NCBI GenBank assembly: GCA_965277285.1
Contig: OZ255721.1
Coordinates: forward strand, 3,584,001-3,648,000
Origin: Abditibacteriaceae bacterium
Lineage (GTDB): Bacteria > Armatimonadota > Abditibacteriia > Abditibacteriales > Abditibacteriaceae
Length of the DNA stretch: 64,000 bases
Reading direction: 5' to 3'
Part shown: piece by piece, positions 1 through 10,006 of the stretch
How the letters are laid out: the number at the start of each line of letters is the position of its first letter
Numbering within the stretch: position 1 is the stretch's first letter
Notes under the pieces: model-generated
Told to the model about the DNA's origin: nothing
The model's input: the letters and a program-made list of their open reading frames with translations, nothing else
Databases searched by the model: none
Translations under genes and position numbers: made by a program

Positions 1-9
1 TCGCTATCT

Positions 10-360
10 TTGGCAGGTTCTTGTTTACCAGATAAAGTATGGAATGACATGATAATTATTTCCATACTCAGTGTAATGATCGCCGTCTTTGTGACCATAC
101 CTTTATGGTTTCTGGCGTTCCTGTGCTTCTTTACGCCTGACGATATTCAGCGTGAGCTTGTAGAAAATTACGAACGGCATCAAAAGAACTTTCCGTCTTT
201 GCACAAACGCGATCTCCCTTCGGAAAGCGAGAGTATGAAAAGTGAAGCGTATCGCGCCAAAATTAAAACGGTCGGTGCTTTTCTCATGGTCTGCGAAGTC
301 CTTCTTGTGCTGTATCTTGTGCTGTATCTTGTGGTGTATATGTGCTTCTTCTGGATGTGA
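10..360 (+). CDS. Hypothetical membrane protein, two hydrophobic segments (start uncertain)
   Basis: ORF with N- and C-terminal hydrophobic stretches; 12-bp tandem repeat at 304-339 gives LVLY-LVLY-LVVY. Confidence 0.4.
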   Translation: MAGSCLPDKVWNDMIIISILSVMIAVFVTIPLWFLAFLCFFTPDDIQRELVENYERHQKNFPSLHKRDLPSESESMKSEAYRAKIKTVGAFLMVCEVLLVLYLVLYLVVYMCFFWM

Positions 361-376
361 AGAGGCATTTCGATAA

Positions 377-1159
377 GGGTCTGGAGTAGTTAAGGGTTTT
401 AGATTGGGTATATTCTGAGCAATTTCAGTAGCTCTTTGTAAAGGTCGCTTTGCCGATTGTTGAAACGCCATTCACATTCTTTGAGGTGCAGATAAAACGT
501 ATGAGCAGGCACTCCGTTGAACTTTTGCAGTCGCCGTTTGGCAAAGCTCCAAAAGCTTTCAATGCCATTGATATGGCGGCTGCCCAAAGCAAACTCATTG
601 GCGCTATGATCGACTCGAAAGTGTTTTGCGTATCCGACATCGACCAGTCCATTGTATCCCCTCCATCCATCACTGTGAATCGCCACTTCAGGTGCCACGC
701 GTCCGCGAATGATAGCTTGCAGCAATGATAGCTTGCAGCGTGGCTTTACTGCAATCGGGCACAATTTCGGTGTAGACGCGACCGTTACGCTTGAGCAATC
801 CAAACACAGGTGTTTTGCCTCCAGCTCCTCGCCCGCTCTTGCCTCGCACACGGCGCGCTCCAAAATAGCTTTCATCGACTTCGACCTCGCCATTGACTTC
901 GACCTCGCCATTCTCAAAAGGAGATTCGCACTCGCATCGCTCAGGCGTGTGAGTGCGAATCTTAGCGTAAATTGTGTTCACGCTTTTGCGTTGTAAGCCC
1001 GTCAATACAGCCACATCCGAGGCCGCCAAATCCTGAGCGAAGAGCCGCACTAATTGCCGCAAACGCTTCTCCGAAATTCGGGAACGTTTGTAATACTTGT
1101 TTTGCCTTGCCACCACTGAAGTTTTAGCCTCTTTATATCGGCTTAACTACTCCAGACCC
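377..1159 (-). mobile_element. IS1595-family (IS1016-like) insertion sequence, about 780 bp
   Basis: Perfect inverted repeats AAGGGTCTGGAGTAGTTAAG (375-394) / CTTAACTACTCCAGACCCTT (1142-1161); near-identical 8-bp flanks TTCGATAA (369-376) / TTTGATAA (1160-1167). Confidence 0.9.
399..1116 (-). pseudogene. IS1595 (ISXO2-like) DDE transposase, frameshifted
   Basis: EVDESYFG..GRGAGGKTPVFG in one frame and HSDGWRGY..HINGIESFWS..HLKECEWRFN in another; a 16-bp tandem duplication at 708-739 breaks the frame. Confidence 0.88.
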
Positions 1160-1193
1160 TTTGATAATTTACAGGTGAGGTGAAGGACAACTT

Positions 1194-1502
1194 ATGGCAT
1201 GGGTAGACAAATTTCTGGATTTATTAGGCGTGCCTGACGCCAGTAAAATTGACGGCATAACCTTCCTGAAATCTGTGGATCAGGACACTTACAGATTCAT
1301 CGAAGGTGATCGCTCGGTCATAATCAGCATTGAAAGATTATCTGGTAATCCCAGCATGGTTATATATGCAGGACTCGTCACGTTTTGGCAACCGCCTCAT
1401 GAAGGCGAAAGAATCACAGATGTCGACAAGAAAAGAATCATCGGGAAGGTTTGTGCCTGCTTTGATAAACGTGGGTGGACATATGAAATAGACGGGTTGT
1501 GA
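1194..1502 (+). CDS. Small protein resembling immunity protein Imm74 of polymorphic toxin systems
   Basis: Motif VIY....FWQPPHEGERITDVDKKRII recalled from Imm74-like proteins; AAGGA RBS; AT-richer DNA. Confidence 0.5.
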   Translation: MAWVDKFLDLLGVPDASKIDGITFLKSVDQDTYRFIEGDRSVIISIERLSGNPSMVIYAGLVTFWQPPHEGERITDVDKKRIIGKVCACFDKRGWTYEIDGL

Positions 1503-1586
1503 TGAGGATAGCCAAGCCTTGACTGACCCGCTCTTTATGAGATTTATTTGAAGAGAAAAACGCTAAAGCCTATCAAGCCCACAGAC

Positions 1587-1626
1587 AAAAGCGCGCTCGT
1601 CGAGTACTCGATTGGAGCGCGCTTTT
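1587..1626. terminator. Bidirectional hairpin with the TCGAGTACTCGA palindrome between its arms
   Basis: AAAAGCGCGCTC-gTCGAGTACTCGAttg-GAGCGCGCTTTT. Confidence 0.6.
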
Positions 1627-1730
1627 CGTTTATCCCAAATCTCTCTGGAATCTGCAATGCAGTTCAAGCGTTAAGCGCAGCGTTTTCGCTATACTTGACA
1701 AGCTTTCTATCGTATTGAGTACTCGAAATT

Positions 1731-3200
1731 ATGCTGCTTCATCCGTCCAACGTCATCAAGAAATATAAAAATCAGGTCGAAGAAAACGAAGATGTGCGTA
1801 TCGCGCGCAACCAGAACGAACGCGCCACCGCAACGCGTCCCGCCAATGCGCGCGCCAAAGATGGCGGACGACGCACTGAAGGCGCGATTCTCACCGAAAT
1901 CGAAGCGGGCAGCATCGCCGAAGAGTTGGGCTTACAGGCGGGAGATCGAGTACTCGAAATCAACGACAAGCCGGTGCGCGATGCCATTCAATTGAAGATG
2001 GCCGACGCATCCGAACGCGTGACGCTGACGGTTTTGCAAAACGGTCAGGCGCAGATTTTCGACATCGAAAAAGATACTTTTGAACCGATTGGAATGTCGG
2101 CCAACGCCGAACTTTTTGATGGCGTGACGCGTTGCCAGAACAAGTGCCCGTTTTGCTTTGTCGATCAGTTGCCGCCGCGCATCAAGAACGCCAAGAATCT
2201 GCGCCGCACGCTTTATGTGCGCGACGACGATTACCGCTTGAGTTTTCTGCACGGGCATTACATCACGCTGACGAACCTGAGCGACGACGATTACGCGCGC
2301 ATCATTGAAGAAAAATTGTCGCCCTTGTGCGTCAGCGTGCAGGCGACCGATCCCGCGACGCGCATCAAAATGCTGGGCAACAAAAGCGCGGGCGACATCA
2401 TGGAACGCTTGCGCTTCCTCATCGAAAACGGCATTCAAATCAACGCGCAGATCGTTTTATGTCCCGAGATTAACGACCGCGCGCAACTGGACAATTCGAT
2501 TGAAGATTTGATGACGTTGTGGCCGGGCGTCGAATCGGTCGCGGTCGTGCCGGTCGGTTTGACCAAGTTCATGCCCGATAATCGCGGAATGCGCACGGTT
2601 CGTTCGGAAGAAGCGCGGCAGATTATCGAGCAAATTAAGCCGCATCAGACGCGTTGTCAGGAAAAGCTCGGCGCGCGTTTCGTTTATGCCAGCGACGAAA
2701 TGTATTTGCTGTCGGGCGATGCCTTGCCGCCGACAAAGTTTTATGATGGTTTTCCGCAATACGCGAACGGCGTCGGCCTGATGCGCTCGTTTTTGGACGA
2801 CGTGAACAAAGTGCGCCGCCGCAAATATCGCGTACTCGATTCGCAAACGCGCCCGAAAATTACGCTCGTGACGGGAAGTTTGGCGGCTCCCGCCTTGCGG
2901 CAATTGGCGGACGCTTTGAATGAGCGCGGTCTGGCGCAGGCGCGCGTGCGTGAAGTCGTCAACACGTTCTGGGGCGGCAATGTCGCGTGCGCAGGGCTTC
3001 TGATGGGCGAAGAAGTTTTGGATCAATTGCGCGGTGAAGATTGCGGCGACCTGATTTTTTTGCCGCCGGATGCCGTGGACGCCAAAGGTCGCATGCTGGA
3101 CGACATCACGATTGCGGAAATGAGCGCGCAACTCAAGACGCCGATTCGTCACGACGCGCATGGGCCATTGGATTTGGCCGATTTATTGGCGCTGCAATAA
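1731..3200 (+). CDS. PDZ + radical-SAM-like DUF512 Fe-S protein
   Basis: PDZ-like GSIAEELGLQAGDRVLEIN; CQNKCPFCFVDQLP; LYVRDDDYRLSFL; FPQYANGVG. Confidence 0.88.
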   Translation: MLLHPSNVIKKYKNQVEENEDVRIARNQNERATATRPANARAKDGGRRTEGAILTEIEAGSIAEELGLQAGDRVLEINDKPVRDAIQLKMADASERVTLTVLQNGQAQIFDIEKDTFEPIGMSANAELFDGVTRCQNKCPFCFVDQLPPRIKNAKNLRRTLYVRDDDYRLSFLHGHYITLTNLSDDDYARIIEEKLSPLCVSVQATDPATRIKMLGNKSAGDIMERLRFLIENGIQINAQIVLCPEINDRAQLDNSIEDLMTLWPGVESVAVVPVGLTKFMPDNRGMRTVRSEEARQIIEQIKPHQTRCQEKLGARFVYASDEMYLLSGDALPPTKFYDGFPQYANGVGLMRSFLDDVNKVRRRKYRVLDSQTRPKITLVTGSLAAPALRQLADALNERGLAQARVREVVNTFWGGNVACAGLLMGEEVLDQLRGEDCGDLIFLPPDAVDAKGRMLDDITIAEMSAQLKTPIRHDAHGPLDLADLLALQ

Positions 3201-3212
3201 CAGTTTCCCTTC

Positions 3213-3506
3213 ATGCCCACGATTGTTTATGTCGATGTCGATGATACATTTGTGCGCAGTGTTGGCACCAAGCGCATCCCGATTCCGGCTGTGATTCGCA
3301 CCATCAAACTGTGGAAAGAGCAGGGCGAAACTCTTTATTGTTGGAGTTCGGGCGGCGCCGATTACGCGCGACAAAGTGCGCAAGAGTTTGGCATTGAAGA
3401 ATGTTTCGTCGCGTTTTTGCCCAAGCCCAACGTTCTTTTAGATGATCAAAATATCAACGAATGGCGAGGTTTGAAATACGTTCATCCAGCGGAGTGCGAT
3501 AATTGA
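3213..3506 (+). CDS. Small HAD-like (DUF705-like) protein
   Basis: YVDVDDT DxD motif, LYCWSSGG, LPKP..LDD. Confidence 0.7.
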   Translation: MPTIVYVDVDDTFVRSVGTKRIPIPAVIRTIKLWKEQGETLYCWSSGGADYARQSAQEFGIEECFVAFLPKPNVLLDDQNINEWRGLKYVHPAECDN

Positions 3507-3511
3507 AATGA

Positions 3512-3545
3512 GAAAAACGCGGCTCGTTACCAAGCCGCGTTTTTT
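3512..3545 (+). terminator. Rho-independent terminator
   Basis: AAAAACGCGGCT...AGCCGCGTTTTTT just after the stop at 3506. Confidence 0.65.
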
Positions 3546-3630
3546 CTTTGTCGAGTACTCGAAGCGTTGAAATTGGCGGCGAAAAAGTTAGAATGAAGCG
3601 GAAACCATCACGATAAGATTTGGAGAAAGC

Positions 3631-5613
3631 ATGACATCGAAGTTGAAATGGGGCGTTTTGGGAACTGGCAATATCGCGCGCACTTTTGCCAAAGGCGTGC
3701 GCGCCTCGAAGTCCGGTGAACTTGTTGCCGTCGGCAGCCGGACTCAGGAAAGCGCGGATAAGTTCGCAAACGAGTACTCGATTGCGGTTCGTCACGCGAG
3801 TTATGACGCGTTGTTGGCCGATGAAAATGTGCAGGCGATTTATATTTCGACGCCGCATCCTTTGCACGCGGAATGGGCGATCAAAGCGGCGCGCGCCGGC
3901 AAACATATTTTGTGCGAAAAACCTTTGACGATGAACGCTCCCGAAGCGATGACAATCGTCGAAGCCTGTCGCGCCAACAACGTAATTTTGATGGAAGCGT
4001 TCATGTATCGCTGCCATCCGCAAACCGCGAAATTGGTTGAATTGATTAAGCAAAAAATCATCGGCGACGTAAAAATGATTCGCGCAAATTTCAGTTTTCG
4101 CGCCGGATTTGATCCACAAAGTCGCTTGTATAATAAGGAATTGGGCGGCGGCGGCATTCTCGATGTCGGCTGCTACACGGCTTCGATGACGCGCTTGATT
4201 GTGGGCGCCACTTTAGGACGCGACTTCGCCGATCCATTGGAAGTTCGGGCGATTGGACATCGGGGCGAAAGCGGCGTGGATGAATATTCCACCGCGATTT
4301 TAAGGTTTGACGGCGACATCGTCGCGCAACTTTCCAGCGGCGTCGGCCTAAATATGGACAACACGGTTCACGTTTTCGGGACAGAAGGAAGTTTGACAGT
4401 TCCCGATCCATGGTTTTGCGGCGCCTCGAAAATCGTCGTTGAGAAGGGCGGAAAAACCGAAGAAATAGCGGTCGAAGCGGGCGAAAACCTTTATGCCTAC
4501 GAAGCCGATGCCTTCGCGGACGCAGTGCAAAATAATCGCGCGCCGCATCCCGCGCCCAGCCCGCAAGATTCGATCAGCAATATGCTGGTGCTCGATAAAT
4601 GGCGCAAAGCGATTGGTCTCGAGTACTCGAACGACACGCTGAGTGGTCAAACTGCGCCGCTTTCCAGAACGCCGCTCAAGGTGCAGTCCGATGCGCCAAT
4701 GACTTATGGCAGCGTGCGGCATTTGGACAAGAAAGTATCGCGCGTAGTGATGGGCGGCATGCTGGAAAACATCGTTTTTCAGGCGCCGCAAGGCATGGCG
4801 ATGTATGACGATTTCTTCGAGCGTGGCGGCAACTGTTTCGATACCGGCTACATTTATGGCTCGAGCGACAATGTGCTGGGTCACTGGATCAACAGTCGCG
4901 GCGTGCGCAACGAAGTCGTGACATTGGTCAAAGGCGCGCACTCGCCGCATTGCAATCCCGACAAATTGAGTGCTCAATTGCTGGAAAGCCTTGAGCGGAT
5001 GCAGATGGATTTCACCGACCTTTACATGATGCACCGCGACAACCTCGAAGTGCCGGTGGCCGAGTTCATCGACGTTTTGAACGAGCACGTCAAGGCTGGT
5101 CGCATCAAAGCTTTTGGCGGCTCGAACTGGTCGAATGAACGCGTGCAGGCAGCCAACGATTACGCCAATTCCAAAGGTTTGCAGGGCTTTTCCGCGATCA
5201 GCAACAACTTCAGTTTGGCGCGCATGATCGACCCGATTTGGGGCGGCTGCATCGCATCGTCCGATGCGCAATCGCGCGCCTGGCTGACGCAAAACCAGTT
5301 GGCGATTATGCCGTGGAGCAGTCAGGCGCGCGGCTTTTTCGTGCGCGGCGACCGCAATTTTACAGCGGATGAAGAATTGGTGCGTTGCTGGTATTCCGAC
5401 GACAACTTTCAGCGCTTGGAACGCGTGCGCGAAATGGCGGCGCAGCGCAATCTGAAGCCGATTGAAATCGCACTGGCTTATGTTTTGAATCAACCGTTTC
5501 CAACTTTCCCGCTAATTGGCCCGCAAACCATTGACGAAACACGCTCGTCGCTAAATGCCTTGAATATCCAACTTTCTCCCGACGAAGTGAAGTGGCTGAA
5601 TTTGGAAGCGTAA
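3631..5613 (+). CDS. Gfo/Idh/MocA oxidoreductase fused to an aldo/keto reductase
   Basis: GVLGTGNIA, HILCEKP, GGGGILDVGCY, then FDTGYIYG, DLYMMHRD, FGGSNWS, PWSSQARG. Confidence 0.92.
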   Translation: MTSKLKWGVLGTGNIARTFAKGVRASKSGELVAVGSRTQESADKFANEYSIAVRHASYDALLADENVQAIYISTPHPLHAEWAIKAARAGKHILCEKPLTMNAPEAMTIVEACRANNVILMEAFMYRCHPQTAKLVELIKQKIIGDVKMIRANFSFRAGFDPQSRLYNKELGGGGILDVGCYTASMTRLIVGATLGRDFADPLEVRAIGHRGESGVDEYSTAILRFDGDIVAQLSSGVGLNMDNTVHVFGTEGSLTVPDPWFCGASKIVVEKGGKTEEIAVEAGENLYAYEADAFADAVQNNRAPHPAPSPQDSISNMLVLDKWRKAIGLEYSNDTLSGQTAPLSRTPLKVQSDAPMTYGSVRHLDKKVSRVVMGGMLENIVFQAPQGMAMYDDFFERGGNCFDTGYIYGSSDNVLGHWINSRGVRNEVVTLVKGAHSPHCNPDKLSAQLLESLERMQMDFTDLYMMHRDNLEVPVAEFIDVLNEHVKAGRIKAFGGSNWSNERVQAANDYANSKGLQGFSAISNNFSLARMIDPIWGGCIASSDAQSRAWLTQNQLAIMPWSSQARGFFVRGDRNFTADEELVRCWYSDDNFQRLERVREMAAQRNLKPIEIALAYVLNQPFPTFPLIGPQTIDETRSSLNALNIQLSPDEVKWLNLEA

Positions 5614-5637
5614 TCGAGTACTCGATTGAAGCCAGAA

Positions 5638-5715
5638 GAACCCTGAGCGTAAGCGACGGGTGAACTTATAGGTTGATGTCGCTATAAGTTCACCCGTCGC
5701 TTACGCTCAGGGTTC
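5638..5715. repeat. REP-like inverted repeat, GAACCC-GCGTAAGCGA family
   Basis: 34-bp arms GAACCCTGAGCGTAAGCGACGGGTGAACTTATAG and its reverse complement, between convergent genes; relatives at 17436 and 56539. Confidence 0.85.
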
Positions 5716-5721
5716 GTTTTG

Positions 5722-6498
5722 TTATTTCGCCTTCTTCTCTTCGTCTTCGCGCATTAAACGCTCGAACTGTTTCTTGCGGCGGGCGCGCGCCATTTTCTCG
5801 AAAGGGTTCAAGTCGCGCCACGAAAAATCGTCGTCGCGGCGATTGCGCTTTGGTTTTTTCGCTTTGATGGGGCGCGGCGTGTAGGGAATTGATGAATACA
5901 ACGCGATGTCGCGCCAGGCGCGCGTTCGAACCCACCAATAACTGGCAGCGCAACCGCTCAGCGCGAAGACGCCCGCCAGAGGATGAATGCGCCCGTAGGA
6001 AAACAGGATAAACAGAACTTCGCCCACTGCCATCCACTTCGCCAGAATAGGAATGAGACCCATCCAGCGAACTTCCAAATCGGGATTCAACATACACCAA
6101 GCGATGAAGAGCGCCGCCAACGGCATGGTGTTGGAAACCGGAAGAGGCGTTTTGATGATGAACGAGCAAAGTGTCAGCCCTACGGCAGTGATCACGCCCA
6201 TCAAAAAAAAGTAGATAGCGAAAAAACGTGTGCCCCATGAACGTTCCAGCGAGCTACCGATGAACCAGAGGAATAAGCCATAAAACAAAAGCCCAATCGG
6301 GTCGGAAGAATATAAAGGGTACGTCAGTGCCGTCCACGGCATTCGCCACGAATAGGGAGCGGCGAACACCAGATAACGCGCAATCGGCACAAAGGCGCCA
6401 ACAATCAGCGTCAAAACATTGACCAGAATGATGACTTTGGTCAGCGGATAACTGCCTTCGACCCACCAATAGCGCACGCGGCTGAGAAAATTTTGCAT
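5722..6498 (-). CDS. Rhomboid-like intramembrane protein
   Basis: PW..LTY, LFLWFIGSSLERSWG..RF motif; multiple TM segments; basic C-terminus. Confidence 0.75.
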   Translation of the reverse strand: MQNFLSRVRYWWVEGSYPLTKVIILVNVLTLIVGAFVPIARYLVFAAPYSWRMPWTALTYPLYSSDPIGLLFYGLFLWFIGSSLERSWGTRFFAIYFFLMGVITAVGLTLCSFIIKTPLPVSNTMPLAALFIAWCMLNPDLEVRWMGLIPILAKWMAVGEVLFILFSYGRIHPLAGVFALSGCAASYWWVRTRAWRDIALYSSIPYTPRPIKAKKPKRNRRDDDFSWRDLNPFEKMARARRKKQFERLMREDEEKKAK

Positions 6499-6510
6499 AA
6501 TTTACGGCGT

Positions 6511-6680
6511 TTAAAACACGTCTTCCAGCACAATGTTCAACGATGGAAAGGCGCGTGGTGTCCATCTTTCCGCACGCTTTGATTCATTTTCAATACGATA
6601 AGTGTCGCCCATAAAACGTATTCTTCCACCAAATCGAGTGCGGGATTGACAATCCAATAATACGTGCCGATCTGGGAATG
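6511..6680 (-). pseudogene. C-terminal remnant of a Uma2/DUF820-like endonuclease
   Basis: YYWIVNPALDLVEEYVL, then in another frame GDTYRIENE..RAFPSLNIVLEDVF*; the upstream side is occupied by a repeat element. Confidence 0.5.
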
Positions 6681-6821
6681 GAACACGGAAGCTGCGCTTA
6701 CACGGATTGAACGGACGAACACGGATTTTGAGATGTACGGTCGCATTGCAATGCGACCGTCCGATAAATTTTCTGATCCGTGTCCATCCGTTCAATCCGT
6801 GTAAGCGCAGCTTCCGTGTCC
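6681..6821. repeat. Composite inverted repeat: ACACGGA-type outer arms around an inner GTACGGTCGCATTGCAATGCGACCGT hairpin
   Basis: 33-bp perfect arms 6683-6715 / 6787-6819; inner hairpin 6735-6760. Confidence 0.85.
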
Positions 6822-6844
6822 TCTTTTCACGATGGTTCCTTAGT

Positions 6845-9370
6845 TTACAAGCCTTTCAAGCGTTGCAATTGGCGGCGCACTTTGCTTTCTAACCCCGTCG
6901 GAAGTTGCTCGATTGTCTCCATTTCAGTACTCGATTCGCGTTCGCCGCGCGGAATGTAAGGCTCCAAACCCAGCATTTCGTGTAAGACAACGAGCGCCGC
7001 TTCCTTGTCGGGAATGCGTTCGTGCGATTGTCCGTCCGCGTCGTAATAGGTGTAAGTTTTTCGTCCTGAACCGACGCACGAAGGGCAACCATCGTCACAT
7101 TCGCAGGTCGCAATCATTTCGTGGGCGGCGGCGAAAATGCTTTCGACCAAATCAAAGCCGCGTTGTGCCAAACCTAAACCGCCTGGATATTTGTCGTACA
7201 AAAACAGCGCAGGCGTTCCCAATTGCGTCGAATCGACAACCGAACCGATGTCATTCGCGTCGCACATCACGCGCAAAGGCATCACGCCAACCGCCGCGTT
7301 CGAGATGCCTAAAAGTCCTTCAACGGGCACGCGTCCCATTTCTCTCAATTTTCGCAAAGCGTCCGGCGGCGGCACGATCCACAGCGCGTTGGTATCCAAA
7401 GTTTGCGGCGGCAAATCGAGTTGGCCGTAACCTAAAGTATCGAGCGAGCCAAACTTGATTTTCTTATAGCTCGCAATGGTAATTGTGACGCCGACTTGCC
7501 CAAAACCGATATTCGAATCGCGCCAGGTTTTTTCTTCGTCGGCTTCTTCGATGCGAATGTTAGCTTCGCTCATGGTTTGCGTCCAGTAATCGGCGTCGTG
7601 GCGGCGCGCGAACGCAGTTTGAGTACTCAATTCCAGTTTTTCGATGTGATAGGTTTCGGCTTCGTGCAAATAAATCGCGCCGGTATGAACAGTTTGAAAC
7701 GCGGTCGTTTCATCCACTGTACCGATGATTTTCTTGCGTTCGGCGTCGACAATCGAATAGGTATTTTCGCCGATATTGCGCAGCGAAACGTCGCGCGAAG
7801 GAATGCCCGCGCTCGCCCAAAACCACGACTTTCCAGCGCGACGCAGTTGCTTTTCTTCTTCCAAAAGCTGCAAGAGTGCGGGCGCATACTGCGACATTTT
7901 ACGCGCCTCATCCAGCGGAAACGGCAGTTCGGCGCAGGCGCAACGCAGATGTTTCGCCAGAATATATGCGTTGTCGGCGTCGAGAACGGCGTGTTCGGGC
8001 GATTGTCCGAAAAGATACTCGGGATGGTGCATCAAATATTGATCAATCGGCCCGTCGCCCGCGACCAGAATCGCCAAACTGCTGCTTTGCGAACGTCCGG
8101 CGCGACCAGCGCGCTGCCACGTCGAAGCGATGCTACCCGGATAACCGACCATCAAACACGCATCCAAACTGCCGACATCAATACCCAATTCCAGTGCGCT
8201 CGTCGCAATCACACCCAAAAGTTCGCCATTGAAGAGTTGACTTTCGATTTCGCGTCGCTCGCTGGCCAAATATCCGGCGCGATAAGCGCGCACTTTTTCC
8301 AGTAGTTGCGGAGCGCGCCGTGCCAGTTCATCTTGCGTGTAGCGCAGCAACAATTCCGCGACAACGCGCGCTCGCACAAACGCAATCGTCGGCGCGCCAT
8401 GGCGCATCAAAGACGTTAAAAGGTGTTGCGCTTCGCTGTTTGCCGAGCGGCGCAAGCCAAGCGACGAACCTTGAGCCACAGGCGATGAGTCGGCTCTTCG
8501 AGTACTCGAACGCTCATCCCTCGTCCCTTTTTCCTCATCCCTGAGAATCGGTGGATTCCACAACACGAACTGCTTTGCGCCGCGCGGCGCGCCATCGTCG
8601 TTAATAACTCCAAACGGAACGTTGCACAACTTTTCGCACAATTCCTGCGGATTTGCAATCGTCGCGGATGCGCAAATGAATTGCGGAGAACTTCCATAAT
8701 GCGCGCAAATGCGATTCAGGCGGCGCAAAACGTTGGCGACGTTCGAGCCGAAAATGCCGCGATAAGTGTGAACTTCGTCAATCACGACGAAGCGCAATTG
8801 CTCGAAGAAATGCGCCCAACGCGCGTGCGTCGGCAAGATTCCGGCGTGCAACATATCGGGATTGGTCAAAATCATGTCGGCGCGGTCGCGTAGAGCAGAT
8901 CGAGTACTCGATGGCGTGTCGCCGTCGTAAGTCCCGCATTTGAAACCCATGTCGCCCGCTTCCTGTAAGCGCAAAAGTCCGCGCAACTGGTCTTGCGCAA
9001 GCGCTTTAGTCGGATAAAGGTAAAGGGCTTTGGCACCAATTTCTTCCAGGCGACGTTCCAGAATTGGCAAATGGTAGCACAAGGTTTTGCCGCTGGCGGT
9101 CGAGGTCACCACGACAAAAGATTTTCCATCGCGCGCCATTTCGACAGCAGCCGCTTGATGCGTAAAAAGTTTTTCGATGCCCAGATTTTGCAGCGCTTGA
9201 TTTAGGGCAGATGGCAAAGGCGACGAGAGTTCGCCGAAGCGCGCGTCCTGCGCCGGAAGATGCGCGATGTGCGCGATCTGGTTGCGATAATGCAGGCTGC
9301 TGGTGATGTCGTCGAGAAATTGCGCGGCATCGAACAAAGCAGTCGAAGGGAAAGGAGGGCGTTTCGTCAC
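6845..9370 (-). CDS. DEAD/DEAH helicase with DUF1998 (MrfA/YprA/Hrq1-like)
   Basis: TSTASGKT, PTKALAQDQ, DEVH, SATIANP, ELGIDVG, QRAGRAGR; C-terminal CECDDGCPSC. Confidence 0.92.
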   Translation of the reverse strand: MTKRPPFPSTALFDAAQFLDDITSSLHYRNQIAHIAHLPAQDARFGELSSPLPSALNQALQNLGIEKLFTHQAAAVEMARDGKSFVVVTSTASGKTLCYHLPILERRLEEIGAKALYLYPTKALAQDQLRGLLRLQEAGDMGFKCGTYDGDTPSSTRSALRDRADMILTNPDMLHAGILPTHARWAHFFEQLRFVVIDEVHTYRGIFGSNVANVLRRLNRICAHYGSSPQFICASATIANPQELCEKLCNVPFGVINDDGAPRGAKQFVLWNPPILRDEEKGTRDERSSTRRADSSPVAQGSSLGLRRSANSEAQHLLTSLMRHGAPTIAFVRARVVAELLLRYTQDELARRAPQLLEKVRAYRAGYLASERREIESQLFNGELLGVIATSALELGIDVGSLDACLMVGYPGSIASTWQRAGRAGRSQSSSLAILVAGDGPIDQYLMHHPEYLFGQSPEHAVLDADNAYILAKHLRCACAELPFPLDEARKMSQYAPALLQLLEEEKQLRRAGKSWFWASAGIPSRDVSLRNIGENTYSIVDAERKKIIGTVDETTAFQTVHTGAIYLHEAETYHIEKLELSTQTAFARRHDADYWTQTMSEANIRIEEADEEKTWRDSNIGFGQVGVTITIASYKKIKFGSLDTLGYGQLDLPPQTLDTNALWIVPPPDALRKLREMGRVPVEGLLGISNAAVGVMPLRVMCDANDIGSVVDSTQLGTPALFLYDKYPGGLGLAQRGFDLVESIFAAAHEMIATCECDDGCPSCVGSGRKTYTYYDADGQSHERIPDKEAALVVLHEMLGLEPYIPRGERESSTEMETIEQLPTGLESKVRRQLQRLKGL

Positions 9371-9427
9371 ACTTGAAGTTTATCAAGTGCAGCGTTTTGT
9401 TATCTCGCTGTTGGTGATGTCGATGAC

Positions 9428-10006
9428 TCACTCAGGGCGGTCACTCCGCAAAATCGCAGCGATTACAGAATCGTCCCACACACCATTTCGCAATGAATGC
9501 TGCCGTAGAATACCTTCTTGCTGAAAGCCAGCCTTTTCTAACATTCTAAGTGAGGGAAGGTTTGAAACCGAAGTAACGGCATAAATACGATGCAAGTTAA
9601 TTGATTCAAACCCAAATTTGACAACTTCTGTAACTGCTTCCGACATCAATCCCTTACATTGATGCTCCGCTCCAAGCCAATATCCGATTTCGGCTTTGGA
9701 TTGATTGGAAAAGTCGAACAACTCGCAGGTTCCAATGAGCGCCTTATCACTCTTGAGGCAAATGCCCCATCTGAGGCGTGACTTCTTCTTCCACGCATTG
9801 TTCGCAAAACCAATCCAACTTCGTGCCTTTTCTACTGACTCCATTTCGCCACCAAATGACCATGCTGCTCCCGACGCTCCCGACAGAGCCTGCGCCGTCA
9901 TCTGTTGGTGGTGATAAGCCTCTGCATCTTCTGGCGTGAGCTGCCTCAGGATAAGGCGCTCTGTATTCAAAATGGGAAAAATCTTGAAAGCATCTGTGAA
10001 GGCCAT
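9428..10006 (-). CDS. GNAT N-acetyltransferase, RimJ/RimL family
   Basis: FPILNTERLILR, AEIGYWL, GKGLMSEA, NLPSLRMLEKAGFQQEG; start set at MAFT. Confidence 0.85.
   Translation of the reverse strand: MAFTDAFKIFPILNTERLILRQLTPEDAEAYHHQQMTAQALSGASGAAWSFGGEMESVEKARSWIGFANNAWKKKSRLRWGICLKSDKALIGTCELFDFSNQSKAEIGYWLGAEHQCKGLMSEAVTEVVKFGFESINLHRIYAVTSVSNLPSLRMLEKAGFQQEGILRQHSLRNGVWDDSVIAAILRSDRPE

Noticed and set aside
3631..5613. Gfo/Idh/MocA-AKR fusion as a novelty
   Set aside because: This architecture is already familiar in soil bacteria.
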